Part shown: positions 10,101-17,306 of the stretch, piece by piece
Numbering within the stretch: position 1 is the stretch's first letter
How the letters are laid out: every line of letters starts with the position of its first letter
Virus record (IMG/VR): IMGVR_UViG_3300047548_000621
Coordinates: 72,200-111,253 of that record
From: a virus
Lineage: Duplodnaviria; Heunggongvirae; Uroviricota; Caudoviricetes
Length of the DNA stretch: 39,054 bases
Strand: one strand, 5' to 3'
Translations under genes and position numbers: made by a program
The notes under the pieces: generated by a model
What the model saw: only the letters and a program-made list of their open reading frames with translations
Told to the model about the DNA's origin: nothing
The model's database searches: none

Positions 10101-11228
10101 CGGTGCTGAACTTTCAGTTACTACTGCTTCGCCGGTGGTTGATAATAATTCTAGCAACCCTTTTGCATTTTCTGGACTCATTTGTGCTGCCAATGCAGCA
10201 AGACCATCCTTTGACTTAATAATATTTTCAAGTCTTAGTTTTTCGTTTTCGTCTGTTGTCGCAGCGGCTTTTGCTTTTAAACTAGCTATATATGCATTGT
10301 AATTTTCATTGGCATACGCAGCCTCGAGATTGTCTTGTTGTTGTTTAGCACTAACTCCTGTAATATTTGCCAATACATTCAAACTATCCAAATATTGCAA
10401 TGATGCTTTTTGTAGTTGCTGAGGACTTTTGGTCATATCAACACCGGTCTTAGATTGGATTTCCATATACCGAGTTTGCGATTCAATCAAATCTTCCTGA
10501 GTATAACCTAACCTACGATATTGAATTAAAGTTCTATCACCTACTGCAATAAATTGTCCGAACTTAGTGACCCCTTCTGAAGTAGTAGTACCTAATGCCT
10601 TGAGTCCAGGTCCTAATCTAGCAGCATTTTTTGTAAATATTTCTAGATTTTGTGACGACAGTCCTGCTTTATGCGCTAATTCCAATATACCTTCTGCACT
10701 GGACCCTATTGCTCCCCCTAATTTAGCAACATCGTCATATCCTTTTACAACAGCATCATTGTATTTGAACGCTGCTGTCACTAAACTAGAAATAGCGCCC
10801 AATAATACAGAAGCAACTTTGCCCAAAGGACCAAAAACTTCTGCAAGGCCGCCGGCAGCTTCAGTTGCTCCTTTTACACTAGTCGCATATTTGGCCATAC
10901 CAGGAGTAGTATCTATCATTGCGCCGGCAAAGCCTAACAACGCTTTTTTACCCTCGTAAAACGATGCACTAAGTTTTCTATTTGCATCTGCTATCATTTC
11001 ATTTGCAGCAGCAGCAGCTTCAGTTTTTTTATTGTTTCCAGTTATTAGGTCATTTGCGGCCTTTTCACTTTTTACTGTGTTATCAACGTTTGTACTCTGA
11101 GTTTTTAATGAGGAGTTTAAACTAGATAAATTTTTATTTTGGGCGCCCAACATATCTGCCTGTTGAGCAAGCAATTCGCTCATCACTCGGAGTTGTTCGT
11201 TTAATTGTTCTTCAAGCGCAGTGTCCAT
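7188..11228 (-). CDS. Tape-measure-like tail protein B with C-terminal M23 metallopeptidase
   Basis: 1346 aa, Ala/Gly-rich helical with hydrophobic segments; M23 motifs FHTGLDIG (HxxxD) and TGPHLHY (HxH) at ~7490-7890. Confidence 0.8.
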   Translation of the reverse strand: MDTALEEQLNEQLRVMSELLAQQADMLGAQNKNLSSLNSSLKTQSTNVDNTVKSEKAANDLITGNNKKTEAAAAANEMIADANRKLSASFYEGKKALLGFAGAMIDTTPGMAKYATSVKGATEAAGGLAEVFGPLGKVASVLLGAISSLVTAAFKYNDAVVKGYDDVAKLGGAIGSSAEGILELAHKAGLSSQNLEIFTKNAARLGPGLKALGTTTSEGVTKFGQFIAVGDRTLIQYRRLGYTQEDLIESQTRYMEIQSKTGVDMTKSPQQLQKASLQYLDSLNVLANITGVSAKQQQDNLEAAYANENYNAYIASLKAKAAATTDENEKLRLENIIKSKDGLAALAAQMSPENAKGLLELLSTTGEAVVTESSAPLVRNIPGLLDIVSKTSQGMDQRLEFIAASNKGLDNYNQNYKEAATGLGQYSRDFMAQNAIDAGRIKLRAATADADEATLRKIADDARDAYEQKKNQEGGATDQRGKQEAAERAARLQFDTVLKTVSDYLVQLALKIMPRINQAAEYLVTNLDTIGKVLKGLAIALAGLAGIAAVGKVIQTVASVGSVIKSVLGMGKGKLGTADNPAIAEIEGMGTSSPNKRGIFSRFFGSESGPAAIPEADMLDKNGKPLSGAARASRARKLGGAVPSGLGKGVSGLSKAGSATGGGSLVAGFLEGVGKGLAFIGKPPTPAYVALGAGAIGIAIAAIGAGLAGATWILGKSMPSLAEGLKSFDGVNGENLKSAGIGMAGLGAGILAMGAGGILDALGNIGEWFTFGEDKDPIKTLGLNLVKFQAYDINKQKVENNAGAFVAFAKAMAVAGPMQGVGSIAIAISDSVSNFFSKEPPFKKFVDFSELPIDPKRAKENATAFKLFAEALSSYRGEGQLGVLGSVASALSNAVVKLFGERPPLDKFLYFSLLPIDPIKTKNNAIAFKDFANALAEYKGGPGAWDAFSSFAGNIVSFMTKQDGPIDAFDKFTRMTFGPNMEKNTAAFAQYAQTVGALAGNVAAASAPPGSGPASTDGGSGNAGSGPNASVPAGPPPTMQSGRTAIIDYANKLGSEDKARFYETLAKEARDKARASAAAGNTADSKSYADAAGQYAAASSSAAQNAIAEEKAGYIHPVAGGVLTSPYGMRIHPKFGTRKFHTGLDIGKGMGAPLRAAKGGIVTKLTNNGRPYTGFGNAIIIQQDDGYQSVYTHTSKYGVNEGDRVSQGQYIGDMGSTGISTGPHLHYIIQKAGLAVPNSSNTIDPATKISKARDGGIFGEGEGDFDSKIGSLNPQSIIAKLGKKPADNISEINTTSKMTAKTAETENVYMRNMQLTEQLGQKLDELIDVMNDTHDTNHKILQHSRT

Positions 11229-11234
11229 CTTTTA

Positions 11235-14200
11235 TCAAACCCTCATTGCTCTTAATGTTTTTTGTTTAGTGTATTTGTTTTTCTTAGCAATCTCTAATAC
11301 CTGATCAATCTTTGCTAACACCATGTATCTCATATCATTGTCATTTTCTATTATTTTTTCTATAGTCAATCCCAGATTTCCTATTATAGGCATCACTGGT
11401 TTATCAGATGATGAAATAATGTCTGCTAAGATTTCTTCAGTATTTTCATCTGCATTCTGTGCTAATCTACTTAATATAGAATTTTTTAATGCCGGGATAA
11501 TAATTTCAGTGCCGTGCAACTCAATGGGATAACCGCCGGTAGGGCCTGAATAAAGCCCTCCTGTCCTTGCTATTCCATATCTTTTAGCCATTGTTGCAAC
11601 TCTATGATCTAAGTCAGCCGTTGTAATTTTACCATCGTGCGGATTTACATCTAACCCTTTATTTGAGTTATAATATTTTTCCGGTGCTTGTGTTAATACA
11701 AAATTATTGTTCCTAGCCGGTAAAAAGATATACCCATATAATTTACCAGGCGAAGCTCCTTGCAAATGACTGCGATGAGGAGCCAAGAAAGAATCTACAT
11801 ATTTCATTTGCTGTGCCCTAGGCATTCCCCTCAAGGCACCGGTTGATGTTCCCATTGCTGCGGCTGTGCTAGGCATAAACTGAATTAGGCCGGTTGCTCC
11901 TCCTTTTGGATTTGTAGCAGCAGGATTCAATCCGCTTTCAGAAGCCATCATTCCCAAAAGATTACCAGGGGCAAAACCATATTTTTGGGAAACTCTGTTA
12001 ACCTCTGAGAGAAACTCTTTATCTTCTTTCCATGGTCCTCTAGCTTTTGAAATATCCAGAACATTACCTACGGAGGAAATAGCAGCGCCGGCCATTGAAC
12101 CTATTGTGCTGGCCGCGGAACTAATAGCATTTCCTGCGGCAGTTGCTAATCCAACAACTGCCGAAGATATGCCGTTCCCCACTATTTTACCTAAATTCGC
12201 AGAGCCTTGTCCGGACAAAATTGACATAGCCACTGCAAAATCAAAAAACGCTAAAGCATTTTTAGTGGCGTTGGGACCAAAATTGTATTTCGAAGGGTCA
12301 CTAAATTTTTGAAAAGCTTCTATAGGACCATCCTGGCTAAATAGGTGATTTATAGCAGTTCCTACCATAGAACTAATTTGACTAACTAAATTTCCGGTTC
12401 CCTTATAAGATGCCAACGCTTCACTAAACAATCTAAATGCTGTTGCATTTTCTTGAGTTCGCTTAATATTAATTGGCAAAAATGAGAAGTACAAAAACTG
12501 ATCAACCGGAGGACGTTGTCCAAAAAATTTCACGGTTGAGTCAGATATTAATGTAGCTATTTGACCTAGAGTGCTGCCATTTCCCTTAAATGAGAACATG
12601 GCACTTGCGTAGTCACTAAATGCCATAGCATTATCTCTTACTTTATTAACATTGATATCAAGTGCCTCAAACAATAATAGTTTGTCAAACGGCGGATTCT
12701 TTTCGAAGAAATTGCTTACTGCTCGTGCTGCGGCTGATAATCCACTTATGCCTTTTAGTAAAGCCATTGCACCCATTGCTTTAGCAAAGGCAATTGCCGC
12801 TTCTCCACTTTGCTTAATTTTATCTGGATTTACTCCTGTCGTCATTGCTTGGAAATTAACTAATTGATCTGCCGCCTTCTCAAGAGAAGATTTTCCACCA
12901 AACAGTGTTCCTAGATTGGTAATTGCTTCTAACACGTTTCCTACACCTAGAGCAATGATTCCAAATCCTATGCCGGCCATCCCTATACCAACGCCTTTAA
13001 GATTTTGTCCATCCACTTTGTTAAATGCAGATAGACCTTCAGCAAATGTAGGTAAAGTCTTTCCTACCATCCAAGTTGCGCCGGCAATGCCGGCTCCTAT
13101 TTCAGCGATTGCTGCACCTAATGCAGCGGCGCCTAGGGCAATTTGACCTGCTGAAGCTGCTGCATTCTTAAATGCTTGCAGTATACCACTTTCATCATTA
13201 GTTACATCTTCAGCAATATCGCCACCAATGCCCAATTTAGCTAGTCGCGAATCTAAAGCTGCGCCGCCCAGGATGTTACCGTGCTTGTCTAATAAATCTT
13301 CTTTCCTAAATTTAGGTATAGTAGCGCCTGATACTTTTCCAAACAGACTAGATCCGGCGGCTAGCCTTATATGTAATTTATTTCTCCGTGAAGATCCAGG
13401 TTCTCCGCCGCGTCCTATTAAAGACAAGCCTGCATCTTTAATAGACTTAAAAGTGTTTACTACCTTCCCAGCGATTGCAACACCAGACATTATACCTAAT
13501 ATAATACCTAATCCTTTTAGACCGATCTCAATTTCTGGCATATGAGTTTTGACAAAAAGTATCGCTTGCGTAACAAGCGGAATCATTTGGTTAATTAATT
13601 CGTTTACTTTAGGGGATATAGATTGCATAACTGTATCCCAATTCTTACGAATATCACGTTCATAACTTTCTATCTGAGAACGTTCTGCAATCGCGGTATC
13701 TTCCTGTCTCTTAGCCTCTTCTAGTTTCGCCTTTTGATCCGCAGCCATTCTTCTAAAATCAGCAACATTACCTCTACCAAATCTCGCTGCATTTTCTCTG
13801 GAGTTATTCCCTATCATATAATAATCTTGAAAGTTTCTAGATGCAGCACCCACACTAAAGACTAAACCCTCTGTCTCAGTTTCTGACCTTCTAACCAAAT
13901 CTCTATTCATTTCAAGTAAATCACCAGTTACATTTTCTCCTTTACTAAGTCGCGTCATTATACTTAAAAAATTAGGTGCCACTTGTGCTAATTGCGCACT
14001 TGAGGCTGTTAACACCGGCGGACCTTTTGTAGATGCAGTTTCTAATATAGCAGTAGCCATCTTAGGATCAAGTGCTTCAGCAAAGGTTGCCGCTTCTCTT
14101 TTAGCATCAATTAATGCTTGAATTTGATCACGTTCTACCCCTGTTGTAGCGTTCGCTTTATCTCGCTCTAATTCTGCAATATGGGCCCTAAAATTTTCTT

Positions 14201-15119
14201 GTTGCATTGCTAGGGCTAATAGATCCTGTTGTTTTTTTGCACTTACACCGGTTATCTCCGCCAAAATGTTTAATTTATCAATGTACGCTAGTGAGGCTTT
14301 TTGCAATTGTCTAGGACTTTGAGTCATCATTGCCCCGCCTTCGGCTTGAAGCTTAGCATAATTTGCCATTGTATCTATTAATTCTTCTTGGGTATAACCC
14401 ATTTTCCTATAATATTGTAAATTCTTGTCACCTACGGCAATCATTTGCCCAAATACTTGAACACCTTGCCCTGTTGTTATTCCTAAATTTTTGATGGCAG
14501 GGCCCATATCTTCAACTGCTTTGGTCAAATATGTTAATGTTCCCGAAGACAGATTGGCTTTATGTCCTAAGTCAAGTATGCCTTCAGCACTATTTCCAAT
14601 TCCGCCGCCCGCTCTAGCAACTTTATCATAACTATCTACTATATTATCTTGGAATTTTAAAGAACTTGTTGCCACTTCGCCTATTATACCCACCAGCGAC
14701 CCGGCTACTTTACCTAATGGGCCAAATATAGATAGTATGCCGCCGGCAGCTTGAGATAATCCGGTTATCCCGCCGGCATATTTACTCATTCCCGGAGTGC
14801 TATCAACTACTGAACTAGCAAAGTTTAAAATGGCATCCTTACCTGTTCTCAGTGAGGTAGAAAATTGAGAAGACGCTTCTTCTACTAATCTAGTAGCTTC
14901 CTGTGCAGCTTGACTTTTCTTGATATTTCCGGACACTGCAACATCGTTTGCGAGCCTTGCTTTTTGTGTATTACTAGTAGCGTTTAATTTATTTTTATTA
15001 GAAATATTTACAGAATTCAAAGCGGCGACCTGGCTAGCCATAATATTATTTTGTTTGGCAATTAAGTCATTAATTGTAGCAATTTGATCATTCAATTGTG
15101 TTAGTAGCTCAGGATCCAT
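11235..15119 (-). CDS. Tape-measure-like tail protein A with lytic transglycosylase (SLT-like) domain
   Basis: Paralogue of the downstream gene; MMASESGLNPAATNPKGGATGLIQFMPSTA (catalytic ES, GLxQ) at ~11595-12025; ATG at 15119 preferred over the track's TTG at 15125. Confidence 0.8.
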   Translation of the reverse strand: MDPELLTQLNDQIATINDLIAKQNNIMASQVAALNSVNISNKNKLNATSNTQKARLANDVAVSGNIKKSQAAQEATRLVEEASSQFSTSLRTGKDAILNFASSVVDSTPGMSKYAGGITGLSQAAGGILSIFGPLGKVAGSLVGIIGEVATSSLKFQDNIVDSYDKVARAGGGIGNSAEGILDLGHKANLSSGTLTYLTKAVEDMGPAIKNLGITTGQGVQVFGQMIAVGDKNLQYYRKMGYTQEELIDTMANYAKLQAEGGAMMTQSPRQLQKASLAYIDKLNILAEITGVSAKKQQDLLALAMQQENFRAHIAELERDKANATTGVERDQIQALIDAKREAATFAEALDPKMATAILETASTKGPPVLTASSAQLAQVAPNFLSIMTRLSKGENVTGDLLEMNRDLVRRSETETEGLVFSVGAASRNFQDYYMIGNNSRENAARFGRGNVADFRRMAADQKAKLEEAKRQEDTAIAERSQIESYERDIRKNWDTVMQSISPKVNELINQMIPLVTQAILFVKTHMPEIEIGLKGLGIILGIMSGVAIAGKVVNTFKSIKDAGLSLIGRGGEPGSSRRNKLHIRLAAGSSLFGKVSGATIPKFRKEDLLDKHGNILGGAALDSRLAKLGIGGDIAEDVTNDESGILQAFKNAAASAGQIALGAAALGAAIAEIGAGIAGATWMVGKTLPTFAEGLSAFNKVDGQNLKGVGIGMAGIGFGIIALGVGNVLEAITNLGTLFGGKSSLEKAADQLVNFQAMTTGVNPDKIKQSGEAAIAFAKAMGAMALLKGISGLSAAARAVSNFFEKNPPFDKLLLFEALDINVNKVRDNAMAFSDYASAMFSFKGNGSTLGQIATLISDSTVKFFGQRPPVDQFLYFSFLPINIKRTQENATAFRLFSEALASYKGTGNLVSQISSMVGTAINHLFSQDGPIEAFQKFSDPSKYNFGPNATKNALAFFDFAVAMSILSGQGSANLGKIVGNGISSAVVGLATAAGNAISSAASTIGSMAGAAISSVGNVLDISKARGPWKEDKEFLSEVNRVSQKYGFAPGNLLGMMASESGLNPAATNPKGGATGLIQFMPSTAAAMGTSTGALRGMPRAQQMKYVDSFLAPHRSHLQGASPGKLYGYIFLPARNNNFVLTQAPEKYYNSNKGLDVNPHDGKITTADLDHRVATMAKRYGIARTGGLYSGPTGGYPIELHGTEIIIPALKNSILSRLAQNADENTEEILADIISSSDKPVMPIIGNLGLTIEKIIENDNDMRYMVLAKIDQVLEIAKKNKYTKQKTLRAMRV

Positions 15120-15154
15120 TAGCAACCTTATTTTTTTAAGTGTAGTTTTTGCCC

Positions 15155-15182
15155 ACTAAATATATGTTATAATCTATTTAGT
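15155..15182. promoter_or_regulatory. Face-to-face late promoter pair (ACTAAATA on + at 15155-62, on - at 15175-82)
   Basis: Exact inverted 8-mers in the divergent gap between the tape-measure and gp26-like genes. Confidence 0.7.
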
Positions 15183-15207
15183 ACCGTCAAAACCAAGAGG
15201 AAATGTA

Positions 15208-16032
15208 ATGAATAATAACCCACTTAGACAATATTTTAGGAGACCGGCAGTTTACCTAAGGCTCCCTTCAGGAGGAAAAGACTATGCTGAGGGTATAATT
15301 GATTTACCAGAAAACGGAGAAATTCCGGTATACCCAATGACCGCAATTGATGAAATTACTACGAGAACACCAGACGCATTATTCAATGGAACGGCATTAG
15401 CAGAACTCATTAAAAGCTGTATTCCAAATATCAAAGATCCATGGGCAGTAAGCAGTAATGATATGGATGCTATATTAATATCAATCAAAGCAGCATCAGG
15501 CGGCGACACATTGGATATCGATACGGTTTGTCCTGCTTGCGAAGAATCAAATATTTACGGTATAAATTTATTGTCGATGCTTGCCAGTCTTAAACCTAGT
15601 GACTATGAAAAAGAATTAGAATCCGGTGAACTATTCATTAAATTTAAACCACTCAAGTATAAAGATATGAATGATGCTGCGATCGGTCAATTTGAACTGC
15701 AAAGAACTTTAGTCACCTTAGACAATATTGAATCAGAAGAAGAAAGAAATGCAGCAGGAAAACAAGCACTAGAGAATATCACAAATCTTACAATGGAAAT
15801 ACTCAGCAAGACTATCGATTATATCAAGACTCCTACTATTATAGTCCGAGAACAGGAGTATATTCTTGATTTCTTAAGAAACTGTGATAAGAATATTTTC
15901 ACTGCAATAAAAGATTTTAATACGGAACTCAAAGCTGCTAGTGAAATTAAACCAATACATATCACTTGCGCAAGCTGCGGTCACGAATACGATCAACAAT
16001 TTACATTAAGTCCCGTAGATTTTTTCGAATAA
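15208..16032 (+). CDS. gp26: T4 gp26-like baseplate hub / tail assembly chaperone
   Basis: NPLRQYFRRPAVYLRLPSGG, PVYPMTAIDE, TPDALFNG; two CxxC motifs (CPAC, CASC); GAGG RBS. Confidence 0.8.
   Translation: MNNNPLRQYFRRPAVYLRLPSGGKDYAEGIIDLPENGEIPVYPMTAIDEITTRTPDALFNGTALAELIKSCIPNIKDPWAVSSNDMDAILISIKAASGGDTLDIDTVCPACEESNIYGINLLSMLASLKPSDYEKELESGELFIKFKPLKYKDMNDAAIGQFELQRTLVTLDNIESEEERNAAGKQALENITNLTMEILSKTIDYIKTPTIIVREQEYILDFLRNCDKNIFTAIKDFNTELKAASEIKPIHITCASCGHEYDQQFTLSPVDFFE
16020..16026 (+). other. Candidate -1 ribosomal frameshift slippery heptamer T-TTT-TTC
   Basis: X-XXY-YYZ heptamer in the correct phase two codons before the gp26 stop; the -1 frame stays open to 16256. Confidence 0.7.
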
Positions 16033-16256
16033 GGCTTCTTAATTCTAGCCCCGAAGATATCCAGAAGCTATTAGAACAATACGAAAAAGAAATTGAGGGG
16101 ATTAAGAAGGGCGCATTAACCATGGCTTGGTATATGCGCGGCGGGGCATCATATGAGGATATCCTCAACATGTCCGACAGCGAGAGAAAGACTATTAACC
16201 AAATCATAGAAGATAATTTAGAGATAACTAAAAAGTCTCAAATGCCCTTCTTTTAA
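16026..16256 (+). CDS. gp51/GT-like C-terminal extension reached by -1 frameshift (or a 44-aa protein from ATG 16122)
   Basis: RIRLLNSSPEDIQKLLEQYEKEIEGIKKGALTMAWYMRGGASYEDILNMSDSERK; resembles small T4-like gp51 and P2 E'/lambda T segments. Confidence 0.7.
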   Translation, partial: RIRLLNSSPEDIQKLLEQYEKEIEGIKKGALTMAWYMRGGASYEDILNMSDSERKTINQIIEDNLEITKKSQMPFF

Positions 16257-16258
16257 CA

Positions 16259-16306
16259 GTTGATCTTCGATCAACTAGACTCTCACTACGTTCGGTCTAC
16301 TTTTTT
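16259..16306 (+). terminator. Double hairpin plus T6; terminator for the gp26 transcript
   Basis: GTTGATC-TTC-GATCAAC, then TAGAC...GTCTA, then TTTTTT at 16301-16306. Confidence 0.65.
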
Positions 16307-16309
16307 AAT

Positions 16310-16700
16310 TCTGTAAGACAATAACACTGAAGGGATATACATTGCCGGTTTAGAAGCCATGGTAGTGCTCCTCAGAGGCACTACCAAAGTTAGGACTTGC
16401 CATGGCCCGTCATCCTTTGCCGTCTATCCCCCGTTAAACTAGCCCTTAATGCTGTTTAACGTCACCGGTTGCCCTGTAAGATTTGATGGGGCTGTAGTGA
16501 AGCTATAAAGTGGAACTCACTTTACTCTTCGGCAACGCATGTCCTATAGCATCAAGACAGAATAGCTATAGACTCATTCAAGGTTCGCCTACCTAGCGAG
16601 AGCCTTGTCGGTGTTCCCTAGGATCACTCCTAGGCATACTCCAGAATCCGACCGCATTCATTCGTGGTGCAGTCTCAAGGAGGATCAAAAGATCAATATC
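16310..16700 (-). ncRNA. Candidate large structured non-coding RNA (class not recognised)
   Basis: No ORF >=60 aa; dense helices including CCTAGGA-GUGA-UCCUAGG (GNRA loop), GGUAGUGC/GCACUACC, GUUAAAC/GUUUAAC and an 11-bp long-range helix with two G-U pairs on the minus strand. Confidence 0.65.
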
Positions 16701-16719
16701 GATGTAAAAGGGTTCTGTA

Positions 16720-17268
16720 TTAGGTTTCTAAAGTAATAATATTTGTAGTGATATCTTTAGGTGAGCCTGAGTATGCTTTAAGAAGGTCTTTGTTGAGCCT
16801 GAAAAAATGTTCGAATTCCATAATAATCCATTCGCCTGACTTCTCAGAACGATAATGAATAAAGTTGTCAGCAACCCAAGTCATCTTGGATTCAACTGCT
16901 ACAAACTTACCCTTACGATTAAACTTCATAAACAATATGTTACAATCATTATCTTCTGCAACATCCATTAATTGTTTTAACCAAGTGTCTATGACCTTAC
17001 ATTCACCTGTTGGTAATAGATGAAAGGGGAAATCTGCATAACTTTTGCATTCTGCGTTGAACAGTTTAAATGTTTCACCGGGCACTATATCTCCCTTGAA
17101 ACTTCTTACTTGTCCTTCGTGTAAATACTGTTTTCTTGATTGATTCTTGCCACCAACATATGCCCCAGAACCCGGGGCACGAATAAAACTCTCATTATAA
17201 GTTTTGGTTAAAAACTGAGCAATCTCACGCTCAAAGCTTGAACCTTTATTTTTACTCGGTGATGGCAT
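16720..17268 (-). CDS. Holliday junction resolvase-like PD-(D/E)XK nuclease
   Basis: KNKGSSFEREIA...RAPGSGA...GDI...ECKSY (Hjc-type motifs); adjacent to gp46. Confidence 0.8.
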   Translation of the reverse strand: MPSPSKNKGSSFEREIAQFLTKTYNESFIRAPGSGAYVGGKNQSRKQYLHEGQVRSFKGDIVPGETFKLFNAECKSYADFPFHLLPTGECKVIDTWLKQLMDVAEDNDCNILFMKFNRKGKFVAVESKMTWVADNFIHYRSEKSGEWIIMEFEHFFRLNKDLLKAYSGSPKDITTNIITLET

Positions 17269-17306
17269 ATACTATTTTATCTTTCTAAACTGTGTATGTA
17301 ATTTTT

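Noticed and set aside
11226-11237. In-frame junction between the two tape-measure genes (TGA TAA AAG ATG) suggesting readthrough fusion
   Set aside because: Two consecutive different stop codons make readthrough very unlikely.
8087-13545. Numerous 60-350 aa antisense or alternate-frame ORFs within the tape-measure genes
   Set aside because: They are shadows of Ala/Gly codon bias, with Pro/Ala/Ser-rich junk translations and no RBS or motifs. The same applies to ORFs at 27175-29754 and within the head genes.
15966-16025. ORF-track start (MRKLRS) for the 96-aa ORF
   Set aside because: It lies inside gp26 without an RBS; frameshift entry or ATG 16122 explains the ORF better.
16310-16700. Group I or group II intron interpretation
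   Set aside because: The region is intergenic, the flanking genes are intact, and no P7 (GACUA/UAGUC) core or domain V is visible.
16640-16718. GAUUCUGGA (tmRNA 5'-like) and ACAGAACCC (RNase P CR-V-like) words in the structured region
   Set aside because: There is no T-arm/CCA, tag ORF or P4 pairing partner, and the motif order is wrong; short chance matches.
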